This document shows, piece by piece, positions 39,487-53,319 of a stretch of DNA of 64,000 nt. The stretch comes from the human T2T-CHM13v2.0 reference genome, Homo sapiens, in the NCBI RefSeq assembly GCF_009914755.1, contig NC_060942.1; one strand, given 5' to 3'. The position numbers were made by a program, and so were the translations under genes. The notes beneath the pieces were generated by a model. The model searched no databases, was not told the DNA's origin, and was given only the letters and a program-made list of their open reading frames with translations. The number at the start of each line of letters is the position of its first letter. Position 1 is the first letter of the stretch.

Positions 39487-39579
39487 TTTAAGAGCAGTGT
39501 TTTGGGGGGTTTAAGAGCAGTGTTTTGGGGGTTTAAGAGCAGTGTTTTGGGGGTTTAAGAGCAGTGTTTTGGGGGGTTT
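39487..39579. repeat. 22-bp tandem repeat x4
   Basis: tttaagagcagtgttttggggg repeated four times. Confidence 0.95.
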
Positions 39580-39996
39580 TTCAATTTATGGGGAGTGGGC
39601 ACTTATCATTCTGTCACACCTTATGATAAACAGGTTACCTGTTCCTAGGTGGGAGGAGCTGGGAGAAGATGCTAGGCCTTAAAGAAACAACGGGAGGAGG
39701 TGAGGGGAAGACGCAAGCTGAGTGGGGCACTTAGGGGGTGAAGGTGAACTCAAGTCACTTCACAGACCAGCCATGGGGGACGCTGAAGCGGGTGGCGCAC
39801 CCTCAAGCCTTCCCGGAGGAGACCGCTGAGGGCCTGGGCCAGCCTCGCAACCTCCGCTTCCCCCGTCAACCCCATCAGAAGCTCTGAGCTGCGGCCCCAG
39901 GAACACTTGTGACGTATAAGGTCATCCTGAAAGTGAACTGAGAGCTGAACTTCAGCTCTCTAGGACAGAAAGGGTTCCTGCTGTTTAGTTTAGGTA

Positions 39997-40317
<321 letters not shown>

Positions 40318-41639
40318 TAGTAATTCCCTGATATACTTTTAGTTGTACTCACTAAGGTTTAAAAAAAGCCAAAACTGTGAACATTTTTGGTTATTCATTG
40401 AGATTTGTGTCTTCTGGGCCATCCCCAACCTGTTTCAAGTACTGCACTTTCTTTGTGGGTGATTAAAAGCGAGGAAGAGCTAGGATGTCAGTTGCACTAT
40501 AAAAGAAGAAATGGACACAGGGCCGCACCTTGTGATGTAGACTCAGATGCTGGGGGGCATCCTGCAACCTGTGTTTTGCCAGCTAGAGATGAGGCCAGGA
40601 CATTTCTGCAAAATTTTTGGCTAATTTGGAGCTGAATACCTGGGACAGCTGAAGAATTAAAAAAAGACCTGATTTTTAAAAACTAATATTTTCTATTGTT
40701 TAGAAAAATAATACATGCTCATATGAAGATATCCCATGAAATAAGAAAGTTTGTGGAAAAATTCTACCACCGAAGGATGACCCTGGTTTACACTTTGATG
40801 AGCACATTGTTAGATCTGGCTTTGTGCAAAAACACAGACAAAATATGCAAATGCCGTTAAAAGTGATCATACTAGACACACTGTTTTCTTCATCTGAGTT
40901 TTCTTGTTTTACTCAACAGTGTTGGGGCCTCTTCCTATCAGTAGAGCTTTTCATCACGATTCATAGAGCAACAACAACAACAAAATGACAAACGTTTGCT
41001 TGGTAAATAAAAATAACTTGCTTAAAAGTTTTTAAAATCACGGGAGGAAGACCACGGGTGGCCATTTATTTGTAAAAGAAATTCCTTTTTCCATTAGGCT
41101 GTTTGATTGCATGATTTTTGAAGAATTATTTTCCTCAACCTGCGATGATACCCATCACCAGCAGGCGGAGCTCCTGCGCACAGCACCCAGGCTGCTGCCC
41201 GCCGCCTGTTTCTCTCCAGAAATCAGGAAGAGGGTTGTTGTTGTTTTTTTTGTTTTTGTTTTTGTTTTTTTATTCCCCTGCTTTCCAATTTGTTTTAAGG
41301 CCTGGGGAGCTGGGCGTTCTGAAACTGGGAAGCAGTAACAGATGAGTTGCCGCCCGATGCATCTGAAGATCAGCGGCTGCAGGGCCAAGGCATTTCTTGG
41401 CAGCATCATTTCCACTCGGATTTTATTAAAGGAGATACGTTGATGGAGTCACTCCCTCTCAGAAGAAATGTTTACAATTAATTTGAAAAAAGATTAATAT
41501 TCACGGGTGCCTGGAGTTGGTAAAAAAAGAGTTCAAGCTCTTAGTTCTTTGTCTGAGAGAGGAATTTAATTGCTTCCCTGAATCAACGATCATAAGGTCA
41601 ATACGTGAAGACCTAGTGAGTTTATGGTTCTGAGCCTGT

Positions 41640-41729
41640 CCGGGTCCCTGCCCACCCGGTCCCCACTCACCTGGTCCCCGCCCACCGGGTCCCCGCCCAC
41701 CCGGTTCCCACTCATAGGGTCCCCGCTCA
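41640..41729. repeat. 15-bp C-rich tandem repeat x6
   Basis: ccgggtccccgccca-type units. Confidence 0.85.
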
Positions 41730-42102
41730 CTGTCCCGGACCCTGAAGCTCATCTCAGCCTCCAGGTGGGACCATGCAGGGCTGGGGCTTGGGGGTTCCTC
41801 GCCTGCCATCCCAGGCTGGGGTGTGCCCGCGTTTCTCTTCCAGAGGAGAGTAAATCACTAGATACACGGGTGTAGATACACCTACCCAGAAGATCGGCCC
41901 AGCGTAGCCTGACAGTCTCCAGCCACTCCGCAGCAGTCCACGGCAGCTAATGAGCCTGCCAGGGTACCCACGCTGCAGTTTTAACAGATGGGCGAGGTAT
42001 TGGAGGTCTCTACTCCTATTTCACATGGAATCCTTTTGGAGACACAAGGAGAAGTGTGCATTCCTAGAACTTGGATGACTTACTTAAGAAAATGCCCGTA
42101 AG

Positions 42103-42405
<303 letters not shown>

Positions 42406-44730
42406 GCCTGTAAGAAAGTTCCTGCTCATCTACACCCTCCCCTCATGATAGTGTTCTTACTGACACAGCCACGTGTTGGAACATCTTCTAACTATCATTA
42501 GAGATGATCTGCCTCCTTTCAGATCACACATATTAACACAGTACATTTTGTTTCCCCATTTGTATTGATTATGTGCCAGTTTTGGGGAAGTGGGTCAAAT
42601 AACTGAGTGTTGATAACATCTGCCCCATTTTCCCACCTGATGGGATGGAGCACAGGAAGTTGGCTCCATGTGGAGTTGCCGCCTGGAGACCTCTGGCCTC
42701 TCGTAAACCTGGAATGGTGCGTTCTCATGGAGGCAACCACGGCAGGGTCCCATGCACCTGGCTCTCTCCACCTGGGCCTCCCATTAGGGCCTTTGCTACA
42801 GAGATGCACCCATCAGCACTCGGCTGTGGAGCCTTAGCAAGCACCTGTTCTTCCCTTTGTCGTGTGGTCCATGATGTCATTGCAGAATGACACGTTAGAA
42901 AAATGTCTCTTTGTTAATGTATCTCAATATGCCCAGAGAGCAGCATCTACCATCCAGTGGCTAAATGCAGTAGGGATTTCCTTATGGGCATTGTCTTAAT
43001 CAAGTAAGTGGTCCAAGTTCTAGGAATGTACATGTTTTCCCTGTGTCCCCAAAAGGATTCAATGCAAAGCCAGAATAGAGAAAGCAAGGCGTCTTGGTTT
43101 TAAACACGAGGTGTGATCGTAAACCAAAAATATCATTCAGCACTGCTCCCACGTCACCACTCGTTTTACAGATTTGAATATTGAGATGCACAGAGGTTCA
43201 GGGAGCTGCTCGCAGAGGCTGCTAGCTGTCTAGGGCTTGAACTTTAGACTGCATGCCAAGCGAGACTCTTGTGGAGTGAACGTAGGATGAGAGGCTCACG
43301 TTACCCACCTGAAAGTCAGCGGCCTATGGGGAAATTCACTGGCTAGTCATAGGAGAAAGGGAAAAGGGAAGGGAGAAGAACGGATTTTTAAATTGTATTT
43401 TATTACAAGAATTTGTAGACTTACCTTGTAGTAAGTTATGAAGCTATTGGCTAGAACTAACAGTGTGCTCACAGACGAGAAAAATAAACTAGTATCTGTA
43501 GACAAAGTCAATGACATATGCCAGTTAGTGTCTAGGGAATGAGGGAAGCTTCAATTGCTGCTGTTTACCAAAATAATTGGGAACTAATTTTCTAGTAAAC
43601 ACTGATGGATACAATAAATGCCAGTGTAGTTAATGAGATGAGATTTTTCAATTTTCTCTGTCATTTTAAAAGACGCATTTCTATGTAATTAAAACAAAGG
43701 GCCCATCAGTTCCTCCTTTCAGTGGAGAGTGATGCCTCAGGACTGACAGATGGCATCGTCTGGACTGTCCTATTTTGTCTATGTGACTGAAAACCAACCA
43801 ACCAACATATCTCCTGGTCCTTATTCCTTTAATTTCCAGGTTGCACGTGGCGGGTTTTTGCACACATCCACAAAGCGGCATTCGGGACCTCTGCTGTTCA
43901 TTTCGACGGTTTCAGCAGTGGCCCTGAGAGTGAAGGGCGAATGAATTTGCTTTTTACTCTTTTTACCTCCCAGAGTAATATTTGATTCTTCTGGCACTCT
44001 CAGGAAGTGCAGATACCAGAGAGCTCAGAAGTTAATCTGAAAAAACTCAGAGACAGAGAGCTCAGGGATGAATCTGTGTGGCCTGTTCAGAACCACAGAA
44101 GATAGTGGTGTCACTGTTTTTCTGAGCTGCCATGATAAGAAAGAACAGAGGTATATTTGATATAATTTTTTTCTTGTGAAAGTGATAATATGCTTCTTCA
44201 GTATATTTTTTGAATTAGGAATCGTAAAATGTAGTTCTAGATGAAATAGATGCACCTTTTCTGCCATTTTCCCTACATCACACTTCTTTTGTGGCTCACA
44301 GAGATCCTTGACATCCCCAGAAACCTTGTTTAAGTGATTAAATGATCCTCCTTAAAGATGCTCAAAGGAGACAGTCACCTACGCAGCATCTTCCTTTCTC
44401 TCCAGGGATCTTCTGTTTCAATGCGTGCGTATTTTCTACCTAAAAACCGGTGGGAGTGGGAAACAGCAGACCCCCTGCAAACTATCTGAAGCTTAGGGTC
44501 ATGGTATCTGTTTCCCATGGAAACTGGCCCAGCAGCTAAAACAGGCACCAGTGAAATCAGTATTATTGGACAGAACATGTGTGTCAAAGTCTGCAAGGCT
44601 GGAGATGAGACGACACATCCGACTGTAAATGGTGGGCCATGCTGTCTCCCCTTTTCTTACTCTCCATCCCCCTGACTTCATAATGCTCTGGCAATTCCGA
44701 GAAATCACAGAACACTGTGGTTCTCTTTTC

Positions 44731-44768
44731 AATACTAGTTAAATACTAGTTACAATACTAGTTAAATA
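44731..44768. repeat. 11-12 bp tandem repeat x3
   Basis: aatactagtta aatactagttac aatactagtta aata. Confidence 0.85.
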
Positions 44769-47700
44769 ATAGCTTCCTCTGAAAAAAAGCACATATATAT
44801 ATATGTGTCCCCCCCCACTCCCCGCCGCAAGGAAGCTATTATTCGATTTCTGGTCAAACAGCTCCTACCATGCCTCAGGAGAGTATGTTAGATTTTTTTT
44901 TAAAAGCAAGATCAGGGCATTTTAGATTTTGCAGTTTGGAGAGAATTCTTTTCTGTCTGAATGACAGATGCAGTTTTTCCTGTGTTTTTGCCCTTTGCCG
45001 GGTTGAAGATTATGTTTATTCCTGAATCATCGGCTCGCACGAGTTAATGAAAGTCACGGGCATTTACTTTCTTTACAGAAAGCTGTGCACCATCCAGAAT
45101 AGCGGGCTTTTCTCTATGTCTGAAAAAATTCACAGACAAGCCTTTCGTTCTGATGCAGATTTCAGGTAACCTGAGGCTGTTACCTCAGCTCCTTGCAGAG
45201 GATGCAGCTCCTTGCAGATACTGGGAATGAGAGCGCTGCAGGGTGGCGGCCGCTGGTGCCCGTGGCTTGTGTGTGTGGTTTCCCTTCTGGTGCCCTACTC
45301 GGGAGGTTGTTGCTTTGCCCCATGACAGGAAGGATCAGCGTTTCTCCTCTTAGCAAACTGTGAGGCTGGATGCAGAGATTCAGATACTGCTTTTGTAGAT
45401 GTGGTCGGGGCATATCTGGTTGTGTTTTCTCTCCCATGTTTCATGGGGAAGTGAAGCTCCCGTGGCCTCCTTTGGGGGCCTTTGCCTCTGTCCGCTGGTG
45501 ATACAGGGGTCGGTATCAGAGACCTCTTGGCACGAAACCTTGTGGGACCCACATTGGGGCTCTGGCTCTGGGCACAGAAGGATACAACAAATCAAAGTTC
45601 GGCAGCCTGTGCTTCTGCCATTAAGTAAACCCTTTCAGTGGCTGCATTTTTCTGATCTGGGTTTAACCTCAAAGAGGAAGAGCTTTGACGCCGGGTTCCA
45701 GCTTCCTCATCCTGGTGAGTGTGCCGAAGAGGGAGAAGCAACGGAGGTGGACAAACGGCACCTGTCAGAGGCGAAAGCTGCTGTCAGATTGGCGAGGAAG
45801 TCCTTAAAATGGTTGTGTGCTTTCCGCCGGGTGGCTGTGCCATGGCCTCTCTGGTTGGCACCTTGATGGCAGCCCGCCCCCAGGTACCATGTTGCCATGG
45901 CGTCTCCATGCAGGAGCACACCCTTCATGACCACAGCTCCGGGAAGCAGGGTCTCTGTTCCTTGTCCCGAGAGACCCACGGAAAAAATTCCTCTTCCTCA
46001 TGGCAAGAGGGACTCCTCTCCCACGGGGGAGGCTCAGAGACGTCTGTTTCCCAAACGCAGATGACTCGGAGCTGATGGCCAGAGAGTGAAGTTCTAGTCC
46101 AGCTGCCCCAACCATGGGGCTTTTGAGGCTTGATTACCATTTCCTTCTGAGAATGGTGGGAGCAGGGATTGATATGAGGTTCACCGCTCTGATTTTCATT
46201 TTACAGTTTCGGAAACTAAGGCCCCAGCACAGAAACACAGAGGACCCAAAGCTACAGCCTTGAGGGGCAGAGGGGCCAGGGCCAGCAGAGCTTTTAGAGC
46301 CAGCACTGCCCTCCCCAGCAGCTCTGAGGGTGGCCAGGCCTCTTCCAGAATAGCACGAGTGTGGAGTGGCACTGGGGCAGGGTTATGATGACACCAATGT
46401 TTTCAGAGGACGAGGCTCCTGTGGGGCCTTTGCATTGCTTTTCTTGCTTGATCAGCACAACGTTCCAAAGCATCTGCAGGACAGGTGACGCTTTTGCCAC
46501 CATTGCTGTTTTACAGGAGAGGGAAGGAAGCTCAGAGAAGACAGACACCTGCCCCAGGTCCACGGCTATGACGCAGTGCCATGAGACCTGAGCCAAGCAT
46601 TTTTGGTTCTTCCTCCTGTGCTTTCCCATGGCACAAAATGCTTTGCTTCCTAAACGCCAGTGTGCTGGGTGATGGTGGATTCAGAGGCAGGGCAGGTCTT
46701 TCCAGAAGCCTCCATGGGCGCCAAGGCTGAGGGGTGGACAGTGTCCTCCAAGTCAGGCCAGGAGCACAAGGGTCTGTGAGAAAGAGGCAGAAAGGACGTC
46801 CGAGGACTCGGAGACAGTGGCTGCTGGAAGCCCAGAGCAGCCCCTTCCTGCTCAGGTCAGTGTCCTGGGCCCCAGGCCGAGCCTGGAGCTTGGAGGAGCT
46901 GGCACCGTTGGCGGGGCCGAGAGGAGCCGCCCTGCCCGGGGCCACCTTTCCAGCTGCACCACTGGCGCCCTCACTCCAGCCTCCAGTGCAGGCCCAGCAC
47001 CGGGTTCCAGGGACCTGCAGCACGGGATGGACAGGCAGGCGGGCAGGCAGGGGCTGAGCAGACAGAGGAACTGCAGAGAACAGTGGGTCCACTTCCCACG
47101 CAGCCATTCCCCATCGTGCGTGTTGCTCCTCTCCCCTCAGAATCCTTGCTTCCCCAGCTTGCTTTTGGGTTCTCGCATGTCGCAATATTCCCCTACTGTG
47201 CTCCCGCTGCCTGCCTTCCAGTCCTCAAAGAAAAGAGCCCTGTCAGCCCCGAGAGCACCGGTGTCTCTGGGAGTCAGGGAGCTCGGAGCAGGGTCCCGTG
47301 CTGGAGGGGGCACCGCAGCACGGGAGCCAGGCTGTTCTTTGCCTTGTTGCCTATTTCATAGCTGGGGTGTCTCCCTTACCCTCCTGGTGTGTTTGCACAG
47401 AGAGAGAGAGGGAAGAGGAAGAGAGAGACACGAAGAGGGAGGGAGAGAGGGGGAAGTAGACAGACAGAGAGACAGGGAGGGAGAGGACACAGGGTGAGGT
47501 GGACCCAGGCGGAGGCCCTCTGTTCAGCTCGCGTTTCTCAGCCGTAGGGCAGGGAGTTCTTGGTTCCGACTCTGCTGGTTCCTGGCACTGCTCAGCCTGA
47601 GCCTTCCACCCAGCTGCTTCTGTCTCCGTTGGGAGCTGACTTCAAGGGTCCTTTGTCATGGAATCCCTGCATTTTAAAATCCCTCTGTATTTTAAAACCA

Positions 47701-50379
47701 TTTAGTGCCTCCGGCCTTGCAATTCCTTCTTCCGTGGCTGGTGCCCTCACAGCCACTTTCTTGCAATAATAAAGCATCCCAAAGTACCGGAGGAAGGCAT
47801 TCTAACTCAAAAGCTCCTTCTCAGGGACGAGAGAGGGAAGCTCCTCGCTTATTCTTCCACTCAATATGCAAATGGCGTGGGATTGCCACCGTCTTCGGGC
47901 AGGGGCACCCCTGGGGGCTCTCAGACCAGCCCGCCTGCACCCTCTGTGTGCACCTCCTGCAGAGATGGCCTCTGTGAGCCAGGCATCGCCGGCCCCTGCT
48001 CAGGGGGCTGGAGGGAGAAGTTGAGGCCTCTAGCACGCATCCCTGGGAGGGTTCTCTGTCCATTAAGAGCAACGCTGGGAGCCCACACAGCCTGCCCAGG
48101 CTTTAGTTTCAACTTACGCTTATCTTCATTTTCCCTTCATTCCATAGACATGTAAATACCACACACACCCCCACACAACCACACACGCACACACACCCCT
48201 ACTGCTTTTCCTATCTGGACCAGAATGGGGTGTCCACAAGTGCACAAGTGCTGAGCACAAGGAGCTGAGTCCTGGAAGCCTGCAGACTTTTAACCACCTT
48301 TCCGCGTGTGTCCTGGAGTGTGAGCCTCAGGCAGCCACGTGGACAAAGCGTTGTGTAGAGGATTTACTTATCTTTGGCCAGGATTTTAAAGGTATATGCA
48401 AAACCTGTCTAGGATGAAACTGTGGAGAACAGAAGGGCTGCTTTTCCCTGCTAAATAATTCTTTTTAGAAGAGGAATGAAGCATTCTGTTGAGTTTCTTA
48501 CTATGATCTGGATACCAAAGCCTGGGACTCTCATCCTCTCCACTCTGCTTGGCTACACGGGGTTTCTGGCAGAGGCTCCATCTCTCTGTGGCCAGGGTCC
48601 ACTGAGGACAGCGTGCCTCTCGTGGAGCAGGGAACGGGGTAGGGGCCAAGCCGCTACCTGCCAGCGCGTCACACACTGGGTGCTGTGCCACCCTTAGCTC
48701 ACCCCTCCCACACATCAGATATTCCTGCACACACAGTGAAAATCCTCCTTCTCGCCAGCACTGCTCTCCAGGGCGGGGCCGGCAGGGTCGGTGCCTCCCA
48801 GGCAGGGGCTGGTGCATGCAGCCCCATCTTGGTCTCAGTGAAGCCCAGGTGGCCACAGCCCCAGTGCACCCCAGAGAAGAGGCCTCCCAGAAGGACGGGG
48901 GACCCTCAGAAACTACCTGCGGGTAGTGGTGGTGTTTTCCATCACCAAGAGAGCCCTCAAAAACCAAGTGCGGCTTCACAACCAGGACACGATTCAAGTT
49001 AAACACAGACTCTCAGGATGGGCTTCCAAACCACTGAGACCCCCTCAGGGTGCATGGTTGCCTCCACCCCTGTGGCTTCAGGAAGAAATCCTTCTCCCCA
49101 GCCGCAGCCGCCAGTCACTCCAAGTCCCACAACCACCTTGGGGCTCTCACCTGGCCCTTGTCTGGCCCCGGCTCCCCCAGGGCCCTTCTGCCCCCAAGCC
49201 CTGGCTTCCTCTGCTGCACTTTCAGCCACTGCCTGGACTGGCCATCCCGGGGCCAGCAGGCACATCCTCATTCCTCATAAACCTACTCCTGGCCCGCGGC
49301 GGTGCAGCCCTGGACAGCCAGGCACTAGCATGATGTCTGACATGCAGCCGCACCTGGCGGACGCTTCCCCTTCAGGGCCTCCAAGTTTTGGCATCCGCAG
49401 GCGTCCTGTCCCCCGTGCTCCTGTGCTCCTTGCTGAGTGTAAATGGTCCCCCCTTGCCGGCCTCTGAAGAGGGGTACCCCAGCTCTCCCTCAAACTTGGT
49501 GCGCCATTGAGCACAGCTGTGAAATGTTCTCGCTATTTAGGTACTTGAGCAGCTGTTTCCAATCTTTTGCACATTCCCATGCTTAAAAAGCCAGGTGCCA
49601 CGGTGCAGACGGTGGTGGCCTGGGTCTGGAGGGGGGCCTGGTGGATGCAGGTTTGTGGTGACCGCTCCTAGTGTGCAAACGGCAGCCCTGCTCACGGTGA
49701 CGGCAGTGCCAGCTCTGGGCTTGTCTCCTTCCCCTTCTCCTCCTGGCTGTCCTCTTCTTTGTGAGTGCTCCTGGCACCTATGTGCTTTGAGAAGCCGTGG
49801 CAGCCACACAAGGAGAAGAGGACAGGCCACAGCGATAGCCCACTTCCTATGCAGAGCCCAGCTGAGCTCAGGTGAGGACAGAGCCCAGAGAGACCAGACG
49901 TCCCAAGGACACTCATCGTTTAGAGCTCAATTCAACCCATGTTTAGTGAGTACTAAATGTCTGCTAGGCACTAGTTTTCAAAGCAAACTCGGGTATGCAC
50001 GTGGCCATAGACCAGGCCAGCCCTCAATACCAGAGCCACTCCCGGGCCCCTCCACGCACTTCAGGCCTCGGCAAAGTAAGGCAGACTCTCACCAAGGCTG
50101 CCCATCATCCTGAGCTGACAGCCATACCCTTTGCAGAGGATTCCCTCCAAGGATTCAAAGGCAGGTCCTCCATGCCCCTCTTGGGCATTTGTCTCTTCCT
50201 GCAGCTGCTTTTCCCTGGGGGAGGCCTGCCTCCCTGCTTTCACGGCCTCACAGATGCCCCGGAGGCTGGGGGTGGGCCCCTGGCAGTGACACTACCTGCC
50301 CCGAGGGACAGTGGCTGAGAGCTCAGGAAACGGCAGGTCACCCCTGGCCCCGATGGGTGAGGACCCGCCGGCGTCTTAC

Positions 50380-50457
50380 CTTGTACATGTTGCACAGCCC
50401 AGGCTGGCTGCGGGCATGAGAGGGCAGAGGGCTCCGGCCCGGCTTTAGCCAGGGTAC
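50380..50457 (-). CDS. MBP: MBP classic exon 2 (alternatively spliced; 21.5/20.2 kDa isoforms)
   Basis: GGCAG|...|GTAAGA, 78 nt, VPWLKPGRSPLPSHARSQPGLCNMYK. Confidence 0.97.
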
Positions 50458-53013
50458 CTGCCGGGGGACACAGAGTGGGCTGCGTGAGTCCGGGTGGGCG
50501 CCGCCGGCAATGCCCCAAAGTCCTCCAGCAAATCTCCTCTAGAGCTGGCTTGGCAAGAGCCCAGAGTGAGGAGGAGTGAGTGGGGGGTGGAGGATGAAGG
50601 ACGACAGGGAGAGAAGAAGGCATGTGCAGATGATGGATGATGGAAGGAAGAGCAAGAGGTGATGGGAGGTCAGAGGGCAGGCATGCGCCCTGAAGGACTC
50701 AGGAAATCGAGAGCAAAAGGAAAGTTTAGGGAAGAATTCTCTCCTCCAAAGTCTATTCTGAGGCCCTGTATCAAACAATGGGACCAAGAGTTCTTAATAT
50801 GGCAGCAGGCACCAGCTGTGAAAGATTTCTAGGATCCAGTGCAGAAGGCCTTTCCCAGTCTGGAGCAAAGTGCACTAAAAGGGTTTTTTGACGTCTACCA
50901 TGGAATGGATAAATTTTACATTCCACTTTACTTGCAGAGTTGTATTTTTTCTTTTATAGCAAGTGTGTTATCTTCTGCATTGGATTTACAGGTTGAAACT
51001 TTTTCTGCTCTGTGAAGGTTCAGTGAACCGAGGACGGACCTTTTCCGATTTTCTGCAGAGCATGAGGAAATAATTTTTAGGAGCAATAGTGTTCAAAATC
51101 ACTTTAGCCAATTACTTAAAGTTGATTTTCTTGCTGACATTCTTCCTTGGTACTGGTGAAGGTTAGGAATTTAACATAAGCAGGAAGTTAATCTTCCTCA
51201 GCAGGAGCAGGAGCTACGCATTCACCTGAGCTCTGCGGCTACAAATCTTCCTAAGTAGCATTAGCTCCTAACTTAATGTATTATCTTTGTCAGTTACACG
51301 AGAGTATCTGCTATATCAATGAACTTTGAGGGCTGCAGTTGAAAGACTATTATTATAGGACCAAGGTAAGTGCCCTGCAAGAAATGTCTATTTCTTGACT
51401 ATCAGCTACAGCAAAATGAAGACAGAGAGAGAAGAGAAAGAGGAGACTTATAGTGGTCAAGAGATGAAATCAGCGTAATAGGTTTCAGGAGATGTATTGG
51501 CTGCAGATGAAATGGATTCTTTTAACCAGGTTAGCAGCTGAGTATGCATGAGAATAGAGTAGTTCCGACACTGAAGAATGTGGGAGCATTCTAGAAGTAT
51601 TATGGAAAGTGAACACACCGGGGTTTTCAGAGGCAAATCTGTGGTGAGTGTGTGCTTAGCTGTACGTCTCCTGATGGATTCTCCCTGCATGAGAGAGGCT
51701 ATTTCTAGGTTAGCAGGAATTTCTGGTGACTTTAATTCATGATATTAAAGGTAAGTAAATTGAGTATTCACTTTAGAGGAGGTCTCCGTGGATAAGCCTG
51801 CGGGAGTTGCTGTGCTGATGAGACTTGGCTGTCCTCATAAGCAGTGACTCCCATCAGCTGGTGTCCATGAGCGTGAGCAAGTGTACGCTATGTACAGGGC
51901 CAACAAGCGAAGAACTTTCCATTAATTTTCCCTCCATCTCCTACAATGGCTCTTCTTCACAAAGAAGATCATCACTGTGAGGCATGTTCTCGTGGCTCTG
52001 GTGGGCTGGCGTGAAGCCCCTCTACTGACTCCCCGTCTACTCATGGGGAAGGCAGGTGGCTGGGGTAGCCATAAGACATCCCACTGATGGTTTTCAGGAA
52101 ATGCAACCTGTAACCCCGGCTGCCTGCCACTCCCAGAGCCAGGAAGAGGGAGGACAAATGCAAGGGCCAGAGAAGACGAAAGGCAAGAATAGCCTCTTAG
52201 GAGAAATTGTGTGTGCTAAGCCCGCTTGTATGGGGCTCCCTCAAGAGAGTTCAGTGTTCTTTAGCTGTTTCTTCTTTTTTACTACGTTTTTATGAAGTAG
52301 GATGATTTCAGAGCATTAAGAGTGTGCTGATAGCCATAAAGGAAAAAACTTTTAAAAACATTGAATCAGGGTTTGATAGGAAATGTCCACACTTCTTAAA
52401 TTTGTATCAATATCTAAGTGATTTTCACGAGTGCTATTGTGTGTTTTTTTCTAAGGATGATCTATTCCCTCAGATGTCAAGCCAAGCTCCTAATTCACCG
52501 ATCAGAATTGCCTGTTATCAAATGTCCAGACTTTTTATCAAAGGAAAATCAACGATGAGAGAAATGAATGCTTTAAAATGCAAATGAGTTTAAAGGGAGG
52601 AGATGAGTTAAGACGAGGGTCTGATGGGACATGAAAGGCAGGACCGCATCCAAGCCAATCACTTATCTTTACTCTTGTTTCTAATTTCTCAAAGACCCCA
52701 AGTTTCAGCTTCATCTCATACACTCATTATCATCTTTCAGAGAGCCAGCACCATCCCCTCATTTCAGTGTCTCGAGGTTCCCATGACCCCCGTTGTGTGT
52801 GAGCTCCCGGGGGGCCCTGTGGGCACTGGCACCCATGTGCACGTTCATTCAGGAGATGCTGGTGGGGCGGGCTGTGTCCATGACAGCACCTGCCAGTGGG
52901 ATCTGCTCAGCGTCCACCCTCCCTAACATTTGCGGGATGATGCTTTGAGAGAAACACAAGAAACTTCAGGCAGAATCAGAATAGTCACCATAGAAAGACC
53001 AGAACACCGAACT

Positions 53014-53178
53014 GTCAGGGGAGAGAAGACAGTAAAATGTCTCTGTGTAGTAAAAGCAGATGAGTGAGCAACTGTGACCTTCCCACACAGAAGCACAGGT
53101 CAGGTGAGAGAAGACAGTAAAATGTCTCTGTGTAGTAAAAGCAGATGAGTGAGCAACTGTGACCTTCCCACACAGAAG
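53014..53178. repeat. 85-bp tandem duplication
   Basis: gtcagg(g/t)gagagaagacagtaaaatgtctctgtgtagtaaaagcagatgagtgagcaactgtgaccttcccacacagaag at 53014 and 53099. Confidence 0.95.
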
Positions 53179-53319
53179 GGCAGGAGCTCGGGTGCTCACA
53201 CTTACCTGCCAGCTGTGTCACCAGGCCACAAAAATGCCGGCAACACAGCACACTGACGTGGTGGGGGCAACCAAACCAAAAATGACAAATTAAAGAAGTT
53301 CGCATGCAATTAGTACACT

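Noticed and set aside
45180-50320. Many 70-226 aa ORFs on both strands in GC-rich MBP intron 2
   Set aside because: No recognisable domains. Overlapping in all frames, as expected from low stop-codon frequency in GC-rich DNA.
51361-51760. Two strong + strand donors (AAGGTAAGT) suggesting an antisense lncRNA
   Set aside because: No convincing promoter or exon chain can be established from sequence alone, and such motifs occur by chance.
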